Source: Lepidodermella squamata (Eukaryota; Animalia; Gastrotricha). From it: DNA of 64,000 nt. Positions 34,861 to 47,622 of the stretch are shown here, in pieces. The notes under the pieces were generated by a model that was not told the origin of the DNA, made no database searches, and saw only the letters and a list, made by a program, of their open reading frames with translations. The stretch lies in contig JBLDXI010000019.1 in the NCBI GenBank assembly GCA_047495785.1, positions 1,488,001-1,552,000 of the forward strand, read 5' to 3'. Every line of letters begins with the position of its first letter. The first letter of the stretch is position 1. Both the position numbers and the translations under genes were made by a program.

Positions 34861-35810
34861 TCGTCGTGTGCGCGGAAAAAGTGCTATGATGTCCACTCTA
34901 CAATAATTTGAAAACCCCGGCTTCAAAATTCCTCAGGGATCAAGAGAACTATGTCCACTGGGGTCGTCCTCTTGCGAGGTCATTTTCGACGGTTTTGCTG
35001 TAACGTGGTCTTATTTTGAACAAACGTGTTTTTCGGGCTTCGGCTTTTGGGAGAATGAATTTTTGACGCGCCAAAAGATGCGCCTTGAAAAATTGCATAT
35101 TCTAGTGTTAATCATGGCAAAAATAAACCTTCTCCAGCACGGGTAATCACGGGTAACTGACTCGGCTAATTTCGGACTAAACTGGGATAATTTCGGACAG
35201 CTCAGTGTGAATATTTAGATTAGGGTCAAAGTTCTCATTATGGCGAAATAAAATTTACGAGCAGATTTATAATAAAAGAATTACTTGAATTTGGAGGGAT
35301 TTGAACCCCCATGGAACCCCCTATAGTGAACTGTGCTCCCAACGCAGCTCAGTACTGTTCTCGCTAAAATATGGAGTTAAAATGCTTAAAAATACTTTTC
35401 TAGCTGAATTTCAGGACCAATGTCCCACACAATTTGCTCCAGGAGAAACTCATGCTAAAAGCCAAAAGTGCGTCTGAAATTGCCCCGTTCGAAAAAGGAC
35501 CGCGTTACAGCAGTCTAAGGCATGGAGCTAAGTCCACGCAAAAATGAATGAATCGTAAAACTGATTACAGAGAATCAAACCCGAGACGCCCGCAAACCAT
35601 GTTTTTACGCGAAAATTAAAAAAATATCCAAGTATCCATTTTTACCTGTGGCGCAAAGATGCTTCAATGACCCTCCTGAAGCATCAAGTGATATTTTAAA
35701 GCAGTCGTAACTTCGATGTTGTGAGGTTCTCAAAGTTGAAAACTACCTTTTTCGATTTATCTCGAAAATTCGTTTTCTGGACATCGCACTTTTTTCCGTG
35801 CGCACGACGA
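34861..35810. mobile_element. Nested non-autonomous inverted-repeat elements
   Basis: Outer arms TCGTCGTGTGCGCGGAAAAAGTGC..ATGTCCA / TGGACATCGCACTTTTTTCCGTGCGCACGACGA. Inner arms CTGTAACGTGGTCTTATTTTGAAC (~34998) / GTTCGAAAAAGGACCGCGTTACAG (~35487-35510). Confidence 0.7.
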
Positions 35811-36449
35811 TATGTCTACATATTTTTATATATTGGGCAGCTGAGTTTTCAAGGGAGATCACACATTGGACAGCTGTCTATTTAAGTTAAGGCCCATGAA
35901 AATCCCGAGGCCCAAGAAACCCGAGGAACCCAAAATAGCTTCACTATTCAAAATTAATTGAGCGCGTTGCTATACGACAATCGGCCCCAATTTCGACAAA
36001 ATCTAGTAGAATTCGGCCTCAATTTCGACAGCATCGTGCAGCACTCAGCTCCAATGTCGACGAAGGCGAGGACGTTCGGTTTTCCAACATATTTCCTCAT
36101 CTATGTCCTCTGTATTCACATAACAAAACGCCGACTCTCATAATATTCAACGCTTTTATTTAATGAATCATTGCATATTTATAATCAAAGGCCATGAAGC
36201 ATTACCATCGCAATAAATTACAATACACTTATCTCGCAAACATCAACAAAAAAATTGATCTCGAGATGGATATATCAATAAACCGCTAAAACATTTCATG
36301 ATCCCTCTAAGTAAAGGACTAGCAGAGGATCGTTATTCCGAAACAGAAGGCCACAAGAAGTAAAATAATTATAACTCATTTTTTTAGAAAAGGCTATTCG
36401 AATCCTTCCTATAAGATATCCAGGTGCTCGAGGCTTATCTGCTTAGGTG

Positions 36450-39400
36450 TTAAGTTTTGAAATTCATCTTATTTCCGGGCTGTTGCGGAGGAGGCATCAT
36501 CGGTTTCTGCATCATTTGCTCGAGCCGATTTTTCAGGAAAGGCGAGCTGACTGAACCAGAGTTGGACATCAAATACTCAAGGCCGTAATTTCTGTTCCAT
36601 TCATACTCAAACTGGTGCTCAGGAATCTCAGCATCCGGCCTGCCCTCCAGGCCTGTTTCCGCCAGGGTGAACTCGCACATTGCCATATCATCGACACCAG
36701 CCAGTTTCAGGACAGGATGCATGCTGTCTCGAAGCTCGAGTTGTCTTGCAATCCACTGGCCATCAAAATGAGCCAACCACCAGCCAGCAGTATACGACGC
36801 GCCTCGTGTTCCCATTTGTCTTAAAGGCAGTCTGAAGTAACGTTGCTTTGGAGGTTCAGGGGGTCTTAATACAGGATCGGTAGTATGTTGGACCAGAGTT
36901 AGAGGGGTATTGAATTGCTTATTCAGCGAAGGAACGTTAGCGCTAATCATAGTTTGATCGCTTTGCTGCTGCAAGGCGTGGCTCATGACCGACCCCGGCA
37001 TTCGTTCCTGAGTGCTGGCGACAGCTGTCTCATCACGGCCCCGATTACGCATCTTCCACTCGTGGTAGATGCGTAACCGGCGATGAAACTCTTGCCGACA
37101 CTCCTCGATCAGCTCAATATCGCACGAGGTATTGATTGTATCGCGAAGATCAGCGTACTTCCAGTTTGTCACGTCATGTTTCTTTTTCGTCCCAGCTGAT
37201 CCGGGCGGGGAGGGTTGTTTGACCTCAGCAGGTGGTGGTGATTCATCGACAGTTTCTACCTGATTGCCGTTAGCCATTCGAAGGGCGAGTTCGTGGTCCA
37301 GTTTCTCCTGCATCGCCTTCTGCATTTGCACCTTCTCACCGTCTCGATCGATCTGTTCCTGCAACGACTTGGCAAGTTTCGCGTCTTCAGTCTCAGAAGT
37401 TGTCCCCTGCTGCCGCATTCGCTCCATCTCAGCTTTCTGCTTTTCGATAGCGGCAAGGGCGATCTTTTTAGCTGCTTCTTCTTCCGCCCTTTGCTTTTCC
37501 TCTCGAGCTTTCGCCTCGGCTTCCTCCTTCTCCCGGCGTCGCTTCGCCTCAGCCATTTCAGCTTCGAGTTTCCGCAGCCGCTCCAACTCAGCGTCACGAG
37601 CGTCTTGTTCGGAAAGACGTTTTTCGACCTCCTTGATAAAACGTTCAACATCGGTCGTCCTCGCCACAACCCCAACTTCAATCGCCTTCTTTTCCAGTTT
37701 TCCTTTCGTGTCTTTGAGTTTTAAGATTTCCCCCTCAATCGATTTTACCAAAACGTCGTACTCCGCATCAGTTTTCTTTCTAGCCTCGTCCTTCAGCCTT
37801 GCAACAGATTTCGAAATCTCGTTGGTGACTCGTAATTTCAAAACTTTAAGGCGCATGACTGCGTTGAGTCTTGGTCTTATCTTCGCTCGAGCCAGTAAAC
37901 CACGGGTCATTTTCTGGATAATTACGACTTGTGATTTCCGATGAGCCATTCGCCGTTTGACGCGAATGGCGCTCAGCGTAAAGAATTGCGCCTTTCGCCA
38001 GCGCGCTTTGATAATCCAGTGTTTAACGTTTTCGATGAGTTTACGCAGATTTTCGCCATCAGACCGGACCATTTGGTCGAATTCGGCAAAGCGGCCCGAT
38101 CGGAAGAAGACGCGTGTTGTGCCAAATGTGAAGTCGCCTTCCTTCATGCCAACGGCTTTGCAAAGAGCCCGACAGAACATGCGCGGATCTAACTTGGCCA
38201 AGCTTGCTGGTAGCATACCTTTGTACAAGCTGCAAAACATCAAAAAATCATCAGTCAGCTTCCAGCCATTAAAAACACAGTTAAAGAAGACTTTATTTTA
38301 CCTGTAAAAGTCTGCAAAGTTGACTCGAGATGGATAGCCTTGTTGCATGAGTCTGAGAGCTTCCGTCATTCCACTGGCCTGAAGCTGGCTCAGAACAGAT
38401 GCAGCTTCGAACTTCTGAGGTGACATTGCTGAATTAGGCTTGACGCATCTTATGAAATGCGTTCCAGTTGCCTGTAATTTCGCAATCAACTGATTAAGCT
38501 GCTCACGGAACTTGGCGCTTATGCTGACAAAAGCTAGCTTATTAGGGGTCGAGCCAGCCGAGCCTTGGCGCGGCTTTGCCCCATCGCTGGTGAAGATACG
38601 TCTTAGCAATTCGTTCGAGCTTGAGTGAACAAGACCCTCTAGAGATGCGTGAAGGGCATCGTTGTTCTTCTCCAAAAACCCAGCAGTTTGATAACAGACG
38701 GCCCCGGCGTAGTGGCGAATGACAAAGCCTTCTTCATCACGAACTTCTTTATGCGACTTCAACTTCGACTTCCTTGGAACACATAATCGGAAATGGCCAT
38801 TGTTAAGGCGGTGAACTTCCTGAGTGAAATGCTGACTACTAGGCCGCGGGAACTTCGACTCTTCGTCCATCAAGTAGAAAATCCCCCCAGGTTTAACGTC
38901 GAGTAGTTCAATGCAATCTTCATTGTCGACGAAGTTGATTCGACTGAAGGTAAGGCCTTCTTTTTCATACAGGTCCTGTTCAGCCTTCAGGACTCGTTGC
39001 GTGAAAAATTGTTGCAGCCGTTCGTTGCAGTAATTCACGCAAAATTGTTCGAAGCTGTTAACATCGAAAAATTCGAACCCGGCAATGTCGAGAACGCCGA
39101 TGAATTGCGACGCTGAAGTTTGGTCGAAAGGCAGTGAAGAATTCACTGCTCCGACTACGAAGTCAAATAGCCGGCTGTAGATCGATTTCGCCAAAGCGTC
39201 CCGGGCATTTCTCGCTGCCGTAGCACTAAGCTGGACGTTGCAGGCTGTACCTTTCGCGCCCTCGGCTCCCATCATAACTCTTGTGGTCAGCGCGAGGGAC
39301 AGGGCGGACTTATCGACGCCTAGGAAGTTACTAGCGACTGAGAGAGATTTCGTAACGGTAGGCGAACGTTCATCAACGACGCAGCCTCCCTTCGTATCCC

Positions 39401-40525
39401 GATCGTTATCGATAAACTCAATATTTCCAAGGTGTAAAATTGCCGCTAATATTTTGAAAATGTTGTTTTGTGACGAGGCCAGTCCCATTTCGGACATTGC
39501 CTTCGTTGTTTTCGCAAAATCAGCCGCGTCGTCGAGCATGTCGTCTTTCAGGAAGTTGCCGGATGTCGCGGAAGATTTTCGGAAAAATTTCGCGCAGCCG
39601 TTTCTCAGATAAGCGAATTCTGTTGGATCGGCGAGGTTCAACTCGCGGCGCAGTTCTTGATCGGTCAAACCAGCGCATAGTTGATAGAAAATGTGGTAAT
39701 TTCGCTCCTCCCCATTTTGCATGCAAATTCGAGATTTTTCCAGCAAGTAATGCGAAATATGGGCCCCCGCAACTTGATTACCTGGAAAAACATGAAATTT
39801 TAGAAAAATCCTAAAATTTTAAGAACAGTGCTCACTCGCAGAGAAGTGGAGTTCGATGAATTTTCCGAATCTACTGCTGTTATTATTTCGTCTGGTTTTC
39901 GCGTTACCAAACGCTTCCAGCAATGGGTTCGACTCAAGAATTCGCTGCTCGACAGGCCCAGCCCGCGTGCCCCAATTCTCGGTCAGATATCGCAGAATAT
40001 GCTTCGTACATTCGGTTTTTCCAGCCCCGGATTCGCCGCTAACAATCACAGCCTGGCTTGTTTTTTGCACCTTCAACGAACGATGGGCGTTATCGGCAAT
40101 CGCAAAGACATGCGGAGGCATTCTTCCCAGCGATTTGTCGTTGTAAGATTTGATGCATTCAGCATCGTACAACTTCGCAATTTGTTTATAAGGATTAACT
40201 GCGATCAGAATATTCCCGACGTAAGTGTAGATTTTGTCGTTGAAATATCGCCTCTTGACATTTGCAAGTAAAGTAGCTTCGTTCAGGAACAAAAGCGAGC
40301 AATTATCGTCGACATCGGGATTTTTCGGATGTTCAGCGCGAAGAACAGACGAAAAAGGCACGGTATGCTATAAAAAAATGTTTTCATTAATTCTACATGT
40401 TTTGCCTTTCTTACCTTGGCATTTCCGTCTAATGTTTGAACAAGGGCTGAATCCGCTCGAATATCGATAATTTTACCCTGGACATAAGCGTCAGTGGGGC
40501 TGGGGATCCATACCAGCTCATCCAT
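36450..40525 (-). CDS. MYO6: Unconventional myosin VI
   Basis: P-loop [24 protein letters not shown], insert-2/IQ (RWRKAQ...[11 protein letters not shown]), SAH, MIU (DHELALRMA) and cargo-binding domain ([25 protein letters not shown]; [11 protein letters not shown]). Four coding exons. Confidence 0.95.
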
Positions 40526-41646
40526 TGTCTGGTCTACTTATTTTTAAAGGCAGTGTAATTGTTCACCTGGAATTTCAAAAAAAAATATTCTGCGTGATGA
40601 AATTTCCAGAATACGTTATTATTGCGAGCCCTGGTGTCACGCAATACTTGGTATATGGGGAGCAAAAATTTGTTTCGCGATGTAATTTTTATGACACATA
40701 GCCGCGATTAGGCGATGAGAAAGCGCACGCAAATACTGCTTTGCCGCAGCAGAGTCGGCAGCAGTCCATCAGTCAGTCATATCGCGCTCGTCATGCCGCA
40801 CATGTGTGTGTGTGTATGCGAATGTGGACAGGTATAGGTAGATTTTTTTCGCCAGCGCACATCGATTTTTTGCGCGCGCACACATCAGATGGAGCCCAAT
40901 TTAAAATAGTATAATGTTGTAAATATAAATTAGGGGTAGAAATAACAAGCCATCCTGATGTGTAATCTCTCGACGCGCGCCAGGCCTTGATGCGCTTTAC
41001 AATATGCACTGGCTAAAAACTGCCGGTACGATGGGCTTTCCAGGCAAGAAAAAGGCAGGCATTCAACATAAAATTCAAACGAAATGTATGGCGAATTTCG
41101 GTGGTGAATTGCATTAGTAAAAAATCATCTTAAAAATTTGAAAATTCCTCCTTAAAATTTGGCGACGAGCCACTTAAGTGATTTAAAAAATTGGAAAAAT
41201 TAATGCAAAATATGATAAAAATTGTGGCAAAATTGCTGAATCGATATCGTATCATCGTCCACCTTAACGCGCCGTCGGCGAGCCACGCGATATGGCTAGT
41301 TTGCGGCCAAAGGTGTGAAAATCAGCTGCGCCCAGGAATATAGCGCCTCATTTGAAGCGCGCGCACGCCGCCTTAACAACAAAATGGTGCGTATTTGCCT
41401 TGTTGATGGCTCGCACACCACGTGGCGCGGCGGCACCCACTTTACCTGACTCGCGTTTCACCGATATAAACGTAAATAACAGTAGAAACGCAAAAAATTA
41501 CTCAATGAAACATGAGTAAATATGTGTATTACAAATGGACCGCGCTTCTGCTTTTACCGAGTAATTACATAAAACAACAAACTGTGGCGCAAAAATACTC
41601 AAAAATTTATTCAATCGATTTTTCACAACACTATATTAATATTTGG

Positions 41647-44600
41647 TCAGAAAATTTCACGGAGTGACCGGTAAAATGGCAAATTTTCTGTTTGAACCAT
41701 CGCAATAGCAGCCACGTAGAGAAGTCCGGCGAGTAGACCAAGCCTAGCCATGCGATGCGGCAATTTTCGATCGTCATCAGTTAGGCGATATTTTTCTTCA
41801 ATTCGAAACGCTTCAATCACGCTGATCAACGGCAGTACGAACGCCCAAGACCAGTTCATAGTACAGGCAAAAAATATGATATATGGCGAGAAAAGTAGCA
41901 CGCAAAACACGACATAGGACATCACTGGACCGATTAAAATAGCCAGGGTGACTATTCCGGCTGATTTATCGGCTGCTGAGTCTCTCACGTTGTTCGAATG
42001 AAGAACGGCCTCGGTGTGGGATGCGATTGGAATCGCGTATAGGACAGGTAGAAGTGACAACCCGCCGCATTGAGCCATGTAGGCGAAAATCACGACTAGA
42101 GGGCCGAATGTTGTGATGATGACAATATCGCCCAGTGCCATGTATTTCAGCCCTATTCCGCCTGTGTATAAAAACGACGATGACATGCCGCCGAAGTAGA
42201 CCAGAGATAGCATTTCGATCCGAGCCGGGCTTAGATTGACTAGAATGAGGAAGAAAACGCAGGCTGCCGTGTAGAGAAGACCGCCTAGCGAGACGACATC
42301 GGCTGGAGTTAGGATATGGTCGACCAAAGTCCGGTCATCGCTTCGCTTTGTATCGATTCCACCTAAAATGTCAGGAAGATAGCGTTAATGTTAAACCCTC
42401 TCTATTTTTGAAATTCTTCGAATTTTTTAGAATCTTGAATTCGGAAAACTGATTAATGTAAAGCAATGCCAGAATTGAACGTTACCCAACTTAAGTTACA
42501 CCCATTCGTCGAAAATCCATACCAACAGCATTAAAGCCACTGATAAGTACAGAAAACTGAAACGATTTTCAGAATTACGCGTCCAAGGCTGGTAAGAAAA
42601 GCGGAAGCTTCGAAAAAAATCTGGCAGGACTAGCTCAAAGCTGCGTTTTTTGAAACTCAAAGAAGTACAGGGTGTTCAAGAAATAATAGTTGGGCTATTT
42701 TTAACTTGGACTTTAACCAGATTGATGTTGACGACCTGGCTATCGTGGACGTAGCACATTGACCTCGTGGACCTCATCCATAACACAACTCTACTCAGTT
42801 TCAGTGTTTATTATCGCGTGTCGAGCGTCAATTTTCAGATCTTTTCGCGTGCCGGAAAAGTGGGGGAAAGAAATATAAAAAGATCATTTTTTTAATTTTT
42901 TAAATAAAAAACAATACCGATTTTATTTTATACCAATTTCACTCTAACATTTAATGGCGCGTTTTAAATACCCCGATGAAATTCGGGGTAAAATGGTCAC
43001 CATGTTTATCGAAAATCAGCGTAACGCGTCGAAAACTGCAATGCAATTCAAGCTTGCCTATCCGGAATACCAGAATGTTACCTACAGAACTATTCTGTTT
43101 CAGTGGCGTAAATTTGATCGCTTCGGTAGTTGCTCCGATCGCAAAGCGCCCGGTCACTCGGCGAATGTTATTACCGATGCAAACATCGATCGCGTAATTC
43201 ATTTCTACGCTCATTCGCCAAAAACCTCACTAACCGATTCTTCCAAGATGTTACGTATCGGGCGCACATCTGTTCATACAATTTTATCGATGCACAATTT
43301 TCATCCCTACAAAATGATCTATACTCAGGCTTTTCAAGAAGATGATTACGAAAAAAGGTTAAATTTTTGCCGATGGCTACTCAATATGGAAGATGAACTG
43401 CATGCATTTCTCAACAAAATTCTTGTGGGTGACGAAGCTTTATTTCGCCTTGATGGCTTCACGAATCACCAAAATTACCGTTGGTGGTCTCCCGTTAACC
43501 CAAACTGGATCATGGATATCAAAGATCAAAGTTCTCCGAGAATAATGGTGTGGGCGGGTATCTGGGGCGACCGAGTAATCGGGCCATATTTCTATGATCG
43601 ATCAAAAGCAGTTATTATGCCGCATACCGATATAAAAGCCGCAAAAGGTCGAAAAATTGAATATTAGTAAGTCTTGTAAGTTTATGCGCGTTTCCTCATC
43701 GCTGACACCGTTAATAGAACTCAGAAACAGGTCTATTAAGCGGGCAATGCATTTTTCGAATTCCTCATCAAAATCAAATCCTGGGAAGCGGCAGAAAATG
43801 TCGAATACCAACAACCAACCAATCCCCTCATACGAAGCGGAAATGGATTCCGATAGTCTCGGTCCGCCTCCAGATCCGCTTTCACCGGAGCAAATTTTGG
43901 AATTGAGTGGAATTGAGAAGAGGACGAGAAATGAGGTCAAAAGTAAAATTGCGCGCCTTTATTCCTTTTTTCCGCCTCATGCGACTCGAGTGTCTGTTGC
44001 CACGTCAAGTCGCGTGTTGTCTGGTCAAAGTTCAATACTAAAAATAGTCCAACTATTATTTCTTGAACACCCTGTATATGAAACGGCCACACTTGGCACG
44101 CGTAGTTCACTGGACGATGCCTTGTCGGCCACATTGGTGTGACGTCGGATCAACGAACGGTATCAAAATCAACTGGGCTCCGCGGCACATGGCTACGCTA
44201 AGAACGATCGGACGCCTGATCAACTTCGTATGCTTAGACGCAGGTTCAGTTCTGTATCATGACTGGACGACGGTAACTTCGGACAAGGAAACTCGTTTTT
44301 TGCTGTGATCAGTTTGACCGACGAACTCTTGGCTGTAGAGCTAGCTTCTAACAGCGCTGTCACAGAACTGGTTAACCAACCTGTTGCCGTTGGCTCCCCT
44401 CATCAGGCAGGGAAATTAACAATCTATCAATTTCAAATATCGGGGCCAACGTCAGATGAAAGCTTAGCCAAGACAGTTTGTCCAATCACTTCGTTTGGGC
44501 TGAAGAAAATTTGCCGCGAGTCGCAAAGAACACGGTCCACGGGGCATAAATGGTACGGCTGTCCATTGTTAGCGACCCAGCAGATCATCGAGGAGTTCCC

Positions 44601-46057
44601 ATGTTCCGAGTCGGACTCTGAGACCGACTCGAATTGTTACGTATCCTACAGTACCTGAAGCCACGAAAAATAGCCGGAAGGATAGTATTAGAGCCGAAAA
44701 ACAAAGGCTTTACGGCTGATAAGAGCCGGGTCTTATCGAATTCGCATATGATAGATCCTCAGTATGGAAATCGTTTAGAGAAGTAGCAATCCAAGAACAA
44801 CTCAAGAGTAGTTTCAAGGAAATGATGACAATACAGTAAGGATATCTCATTAAATCGGTCTCATTGAATATATGTACCTACTCTCGCATTTACTGCCTTA
44901 TTACCGCAAATAATTGCTAATTATTTTCATTATTCCCTTCGTTCCTCTTGACTGAATGGGGAAAAGTTCAACTTGACAATAGACAATAGATGACAATAGA
45001 TAAACGACAATAGATAAACGAAGAAAACCGCGTCAATCCTTAGAACCTAAAACGATGATCCCTGTCATCATACGGCAAGAAGCTGCCCGAGAATTGGCTA
45101 TTCAAGAGGAAAAGGAGTAAAACCGCGAAACAAATGAAAACAGTCGCCCGCTCGACATCAACGAAGTCTTGTGTGTCGATGACCAGATGCAGGTACATCA
45201 CGCCTTTACTAAGCAGTTTCATGTTTCCCATGGTCCAATCGCAGTTCTGCGAGTCGTGGTGACGCGATCATTGTTTACATTGGTAGCAGCGGTCAAAGAC
45301 TTAGCTACAGAGGCACATCTTCATTTTCATTTCTACCTAGGAAACATTCTTTAAGAATATAAAGACCATGGCGTCAGAAGATGTCAGCGATAATGTATCC
45401 GTCACCTCCGACCTGAACAGGGTCACCGTCGTGGTGACGGGTTATTTCAATAAACTCAACACGTCTCTCAAAGTTTGAAACAGTCTCATTGATCTCGTGA
45501 GTGCAATAACTTGGTTTCGGCTAAAGATGCCGATCAATTTTCTGGAGAGACAACCTATCGATAGGACTCAATTATCCACAATTACCGAGGTGAGAGAGAG
45601 ATACACCAAAGGATTTTCATCAATTGCCTGAAACCGGTTTCAAACGAGTGTGATCGATCGCCGATTCAAGGATTTCTATTGCGCACTCATGAAAAAAATT
45701 ATTTGAGAACCCGCTTAGTTTTCGCAAAATCTTATCTAATCTTAGAAATTAGAAGCATGCAAAATAGTAAACTCATGCCTACGTTTGAAGTCGTAGTAAG
45801 TATTGACCAGATTTCCAGCTGAATGAACGCATATCACCGTCAGGGCTGTGAGCAGCAGAATAGCGAGATCGAAGGTGCCTTGCAGCTTGTAGGCGAGGAG
45901 ATTGCCAAGAATTATCGGCGTCAACGAAACGGCAAGCGACCATGGCCGAATGGCTTGCACATAAAGAGCCCACCTGAACAAAAAAGTTATCAATTTTCAA
46001 TAAAACTCAATTAATTCGCCATTAAAATTACTTCGGCGATAGAATATCACGCAGCAT
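41647..46057 (-). CDS. UBIAD1: UbiA prenyltransferase domain-containing protein 1 (heix/MenA-like)
   Basis: MLRDILSPK|WALYVQAIRPWSL...HSAGNLVNTYYDFKR|GIDTKRSDDRTLVD...LHSNNVRD. Exons 46057-46032, ~45973-45783 and 42362-41647, with a 3.4-kb second intron. Confidence 0.92.
42668..44074 (+). mobile_element. Tc1/mariner-superfamily DNA transposon, internally deleted, in the UBIAD1 intron
   Basis: TA-flanked ~55-bp TIRs CAGGGTGTTCAAGAAATAATAGTTGG.CTATTTTTA at both ends; transposase ORF inside. Confidence 0.9.
42954..43667 (+). pseudogene. Truncated Tc1/mariner-type (DUF4817-like HTH) transposase
   Basis: HTH region, FHPYK, RLNFCRW, first catalytic Asp in GDEALFRLDGFTNHQNYRWW, and MVWAGI..VIGPYF. 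Homology stops before the second and third catalytic residues. Confidence 0.85.
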
Positions 46058-46303
46058 CGAGATTCAGGAAAATTAAACACAACAAAATTCCCTAATTCAA
46101 AATATTGCAACACTTTAACAGAATTATCCGTGAGCGTCGAGTTTTTATTCGAAATATTGCATGCTTGAATAAAATTTTCGAGGCAGTAGACAAATCAAAT
46201 TGAAAAGAAAAAATCACAGAATAAAATCAGGAGATTCAAAATACTGAAAATATGGTGAAAACACGTGAGAAAGCAGGCGCTAGAAAGTTTAAATTTGATT
46301 GCG

Positions 46304-47506
46304 TCAAAGCTCGTCATTGATGACAGATTGTCGATTGCGTTGAATTCTACGCTGGCGAATCGCTGACAGACGATCGCAGGCGGACTGCACGTTGAGAAAA
46401 ATATTATGCTCCTTCTGTTTTCGCTCCTCGTCCTGAAAACGATCGGGGTGGTGCTCTCGCAACATTTTACGGCACTGCTTATCAATTTCGGCTTCCGAGG
46501 CGCCGGGTTCAAGCTCCAGGGCAGTAAATGCCGCTTCTTCGCCTAGCGGATCTGATATTTTTATGAAGCGGTTCCAAGCTTGACCAGGGCCGTGAGAGAA
46601 CAACGTGGCAAAAATGTCGTAGATGACAACTTTCAGATCACGGAACGCCTCGGAGCTAGGCGAAAAATTCACTTTTTTTAATTTTTTGAAAAATCTTAAT
46701 AAACTTACTTGATGAAATTTTTCAATGCCTCGCTGACTGGAACTTCAACCCCGTCATGAGTGATAGTGGCGTTGTGGAAAAATGCCGAAAACCACAGTGC
46801 ATAGACAATACTGACGAAAAACGCGAATTTAGTCAAATGCGTGAAGTACGACTGTTTTTGCTCGAGATTCAGTTCTTCCATCGTTCGGAGGCGATTTCCG
46901 CGGTAATTTGACCAAATCGTCGAGCTCAGGGCCATGTAAAATATGTTTGAAGGGCCGCTTCGAATGATTAGGGGCAGAGTTAGAACTGCGCCGAGCAGAC
47001 TTTGGCTGAAATCTATACGCTGAGAACCGATTCCGCCAACGAACCAGATTCCTAATTTAAAATTTAAAATGCGAATACTTTTTTAATTATTTCGGAAATT
47101 TCACTAAAAATTTACCATAGGCAGTGACAACAGGCGTGACGATGCAGATGAACGAGTAGTAAATCGCTGCATGGCTATTAAGCCACGATTCAGGGACAGC
47201 AGACAGTGTGCCGTAGCCGAGAACACACGCAAAAACCACCTCGGCAATGCATCGCTCCCACGAAATTTCCAACCGTTTCTGGCGCCGTCGAGCTAAATGC
47301 AGATCAATGTAATCTTCGTCGAGATTTGCCTCGCTGACATATCGCGGAATGGCCAGCATATCGTAGAGAAGCCCCATGCCGTACCCGCCAAATGTGCAGC
47401 AATACAGGACGGCTTGGCGGGATCTTTTTAAATACAACAAGTGCCAGGAAAAGAGGCCACCGGTGAAAAACAGCACATAGGCTAGCCACGTGCTTTTTAC
47501 GGCCAT
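46304..47506 (-). CDS. DNAJC22: DnaJ homolog subfamily C member 22 (wurst-like): TM2 N-terminus, C-terminal J domain
   Basis: KSTWLAYVLFFTGGLFSWHLLYL (TM2), several TM segments, and a J domain with HPD (REHHPDR); three exons. Confidence 0.88.
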
Positions 47507-47622
47507 TTTTTCAAAAAAAAAATCTAGAAAAATAGTTTAAAAATTATTAATTAAAAAATACCACCTTAATTTATTGCCAAACACCGTGCGATAATTTAAT
47601 TCAATTTGTATGTTTTATCAAG

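Noticed and set aside
37264-37944. 226-aa plus-strand ORF and other long antisense ORFs
   Set aside because: These are antisense shadows of the myosin SAH and other coding exons, with no independent homology.
44077-45700. Coding-like sequence in the UBIAD1 intron (ORFs 44305-44658 and 45169-45354)
   Set aside because: Interrupted by stops and has no motif I recognise; probably decayed TE or pseudogene DNA that cannot be assigned.
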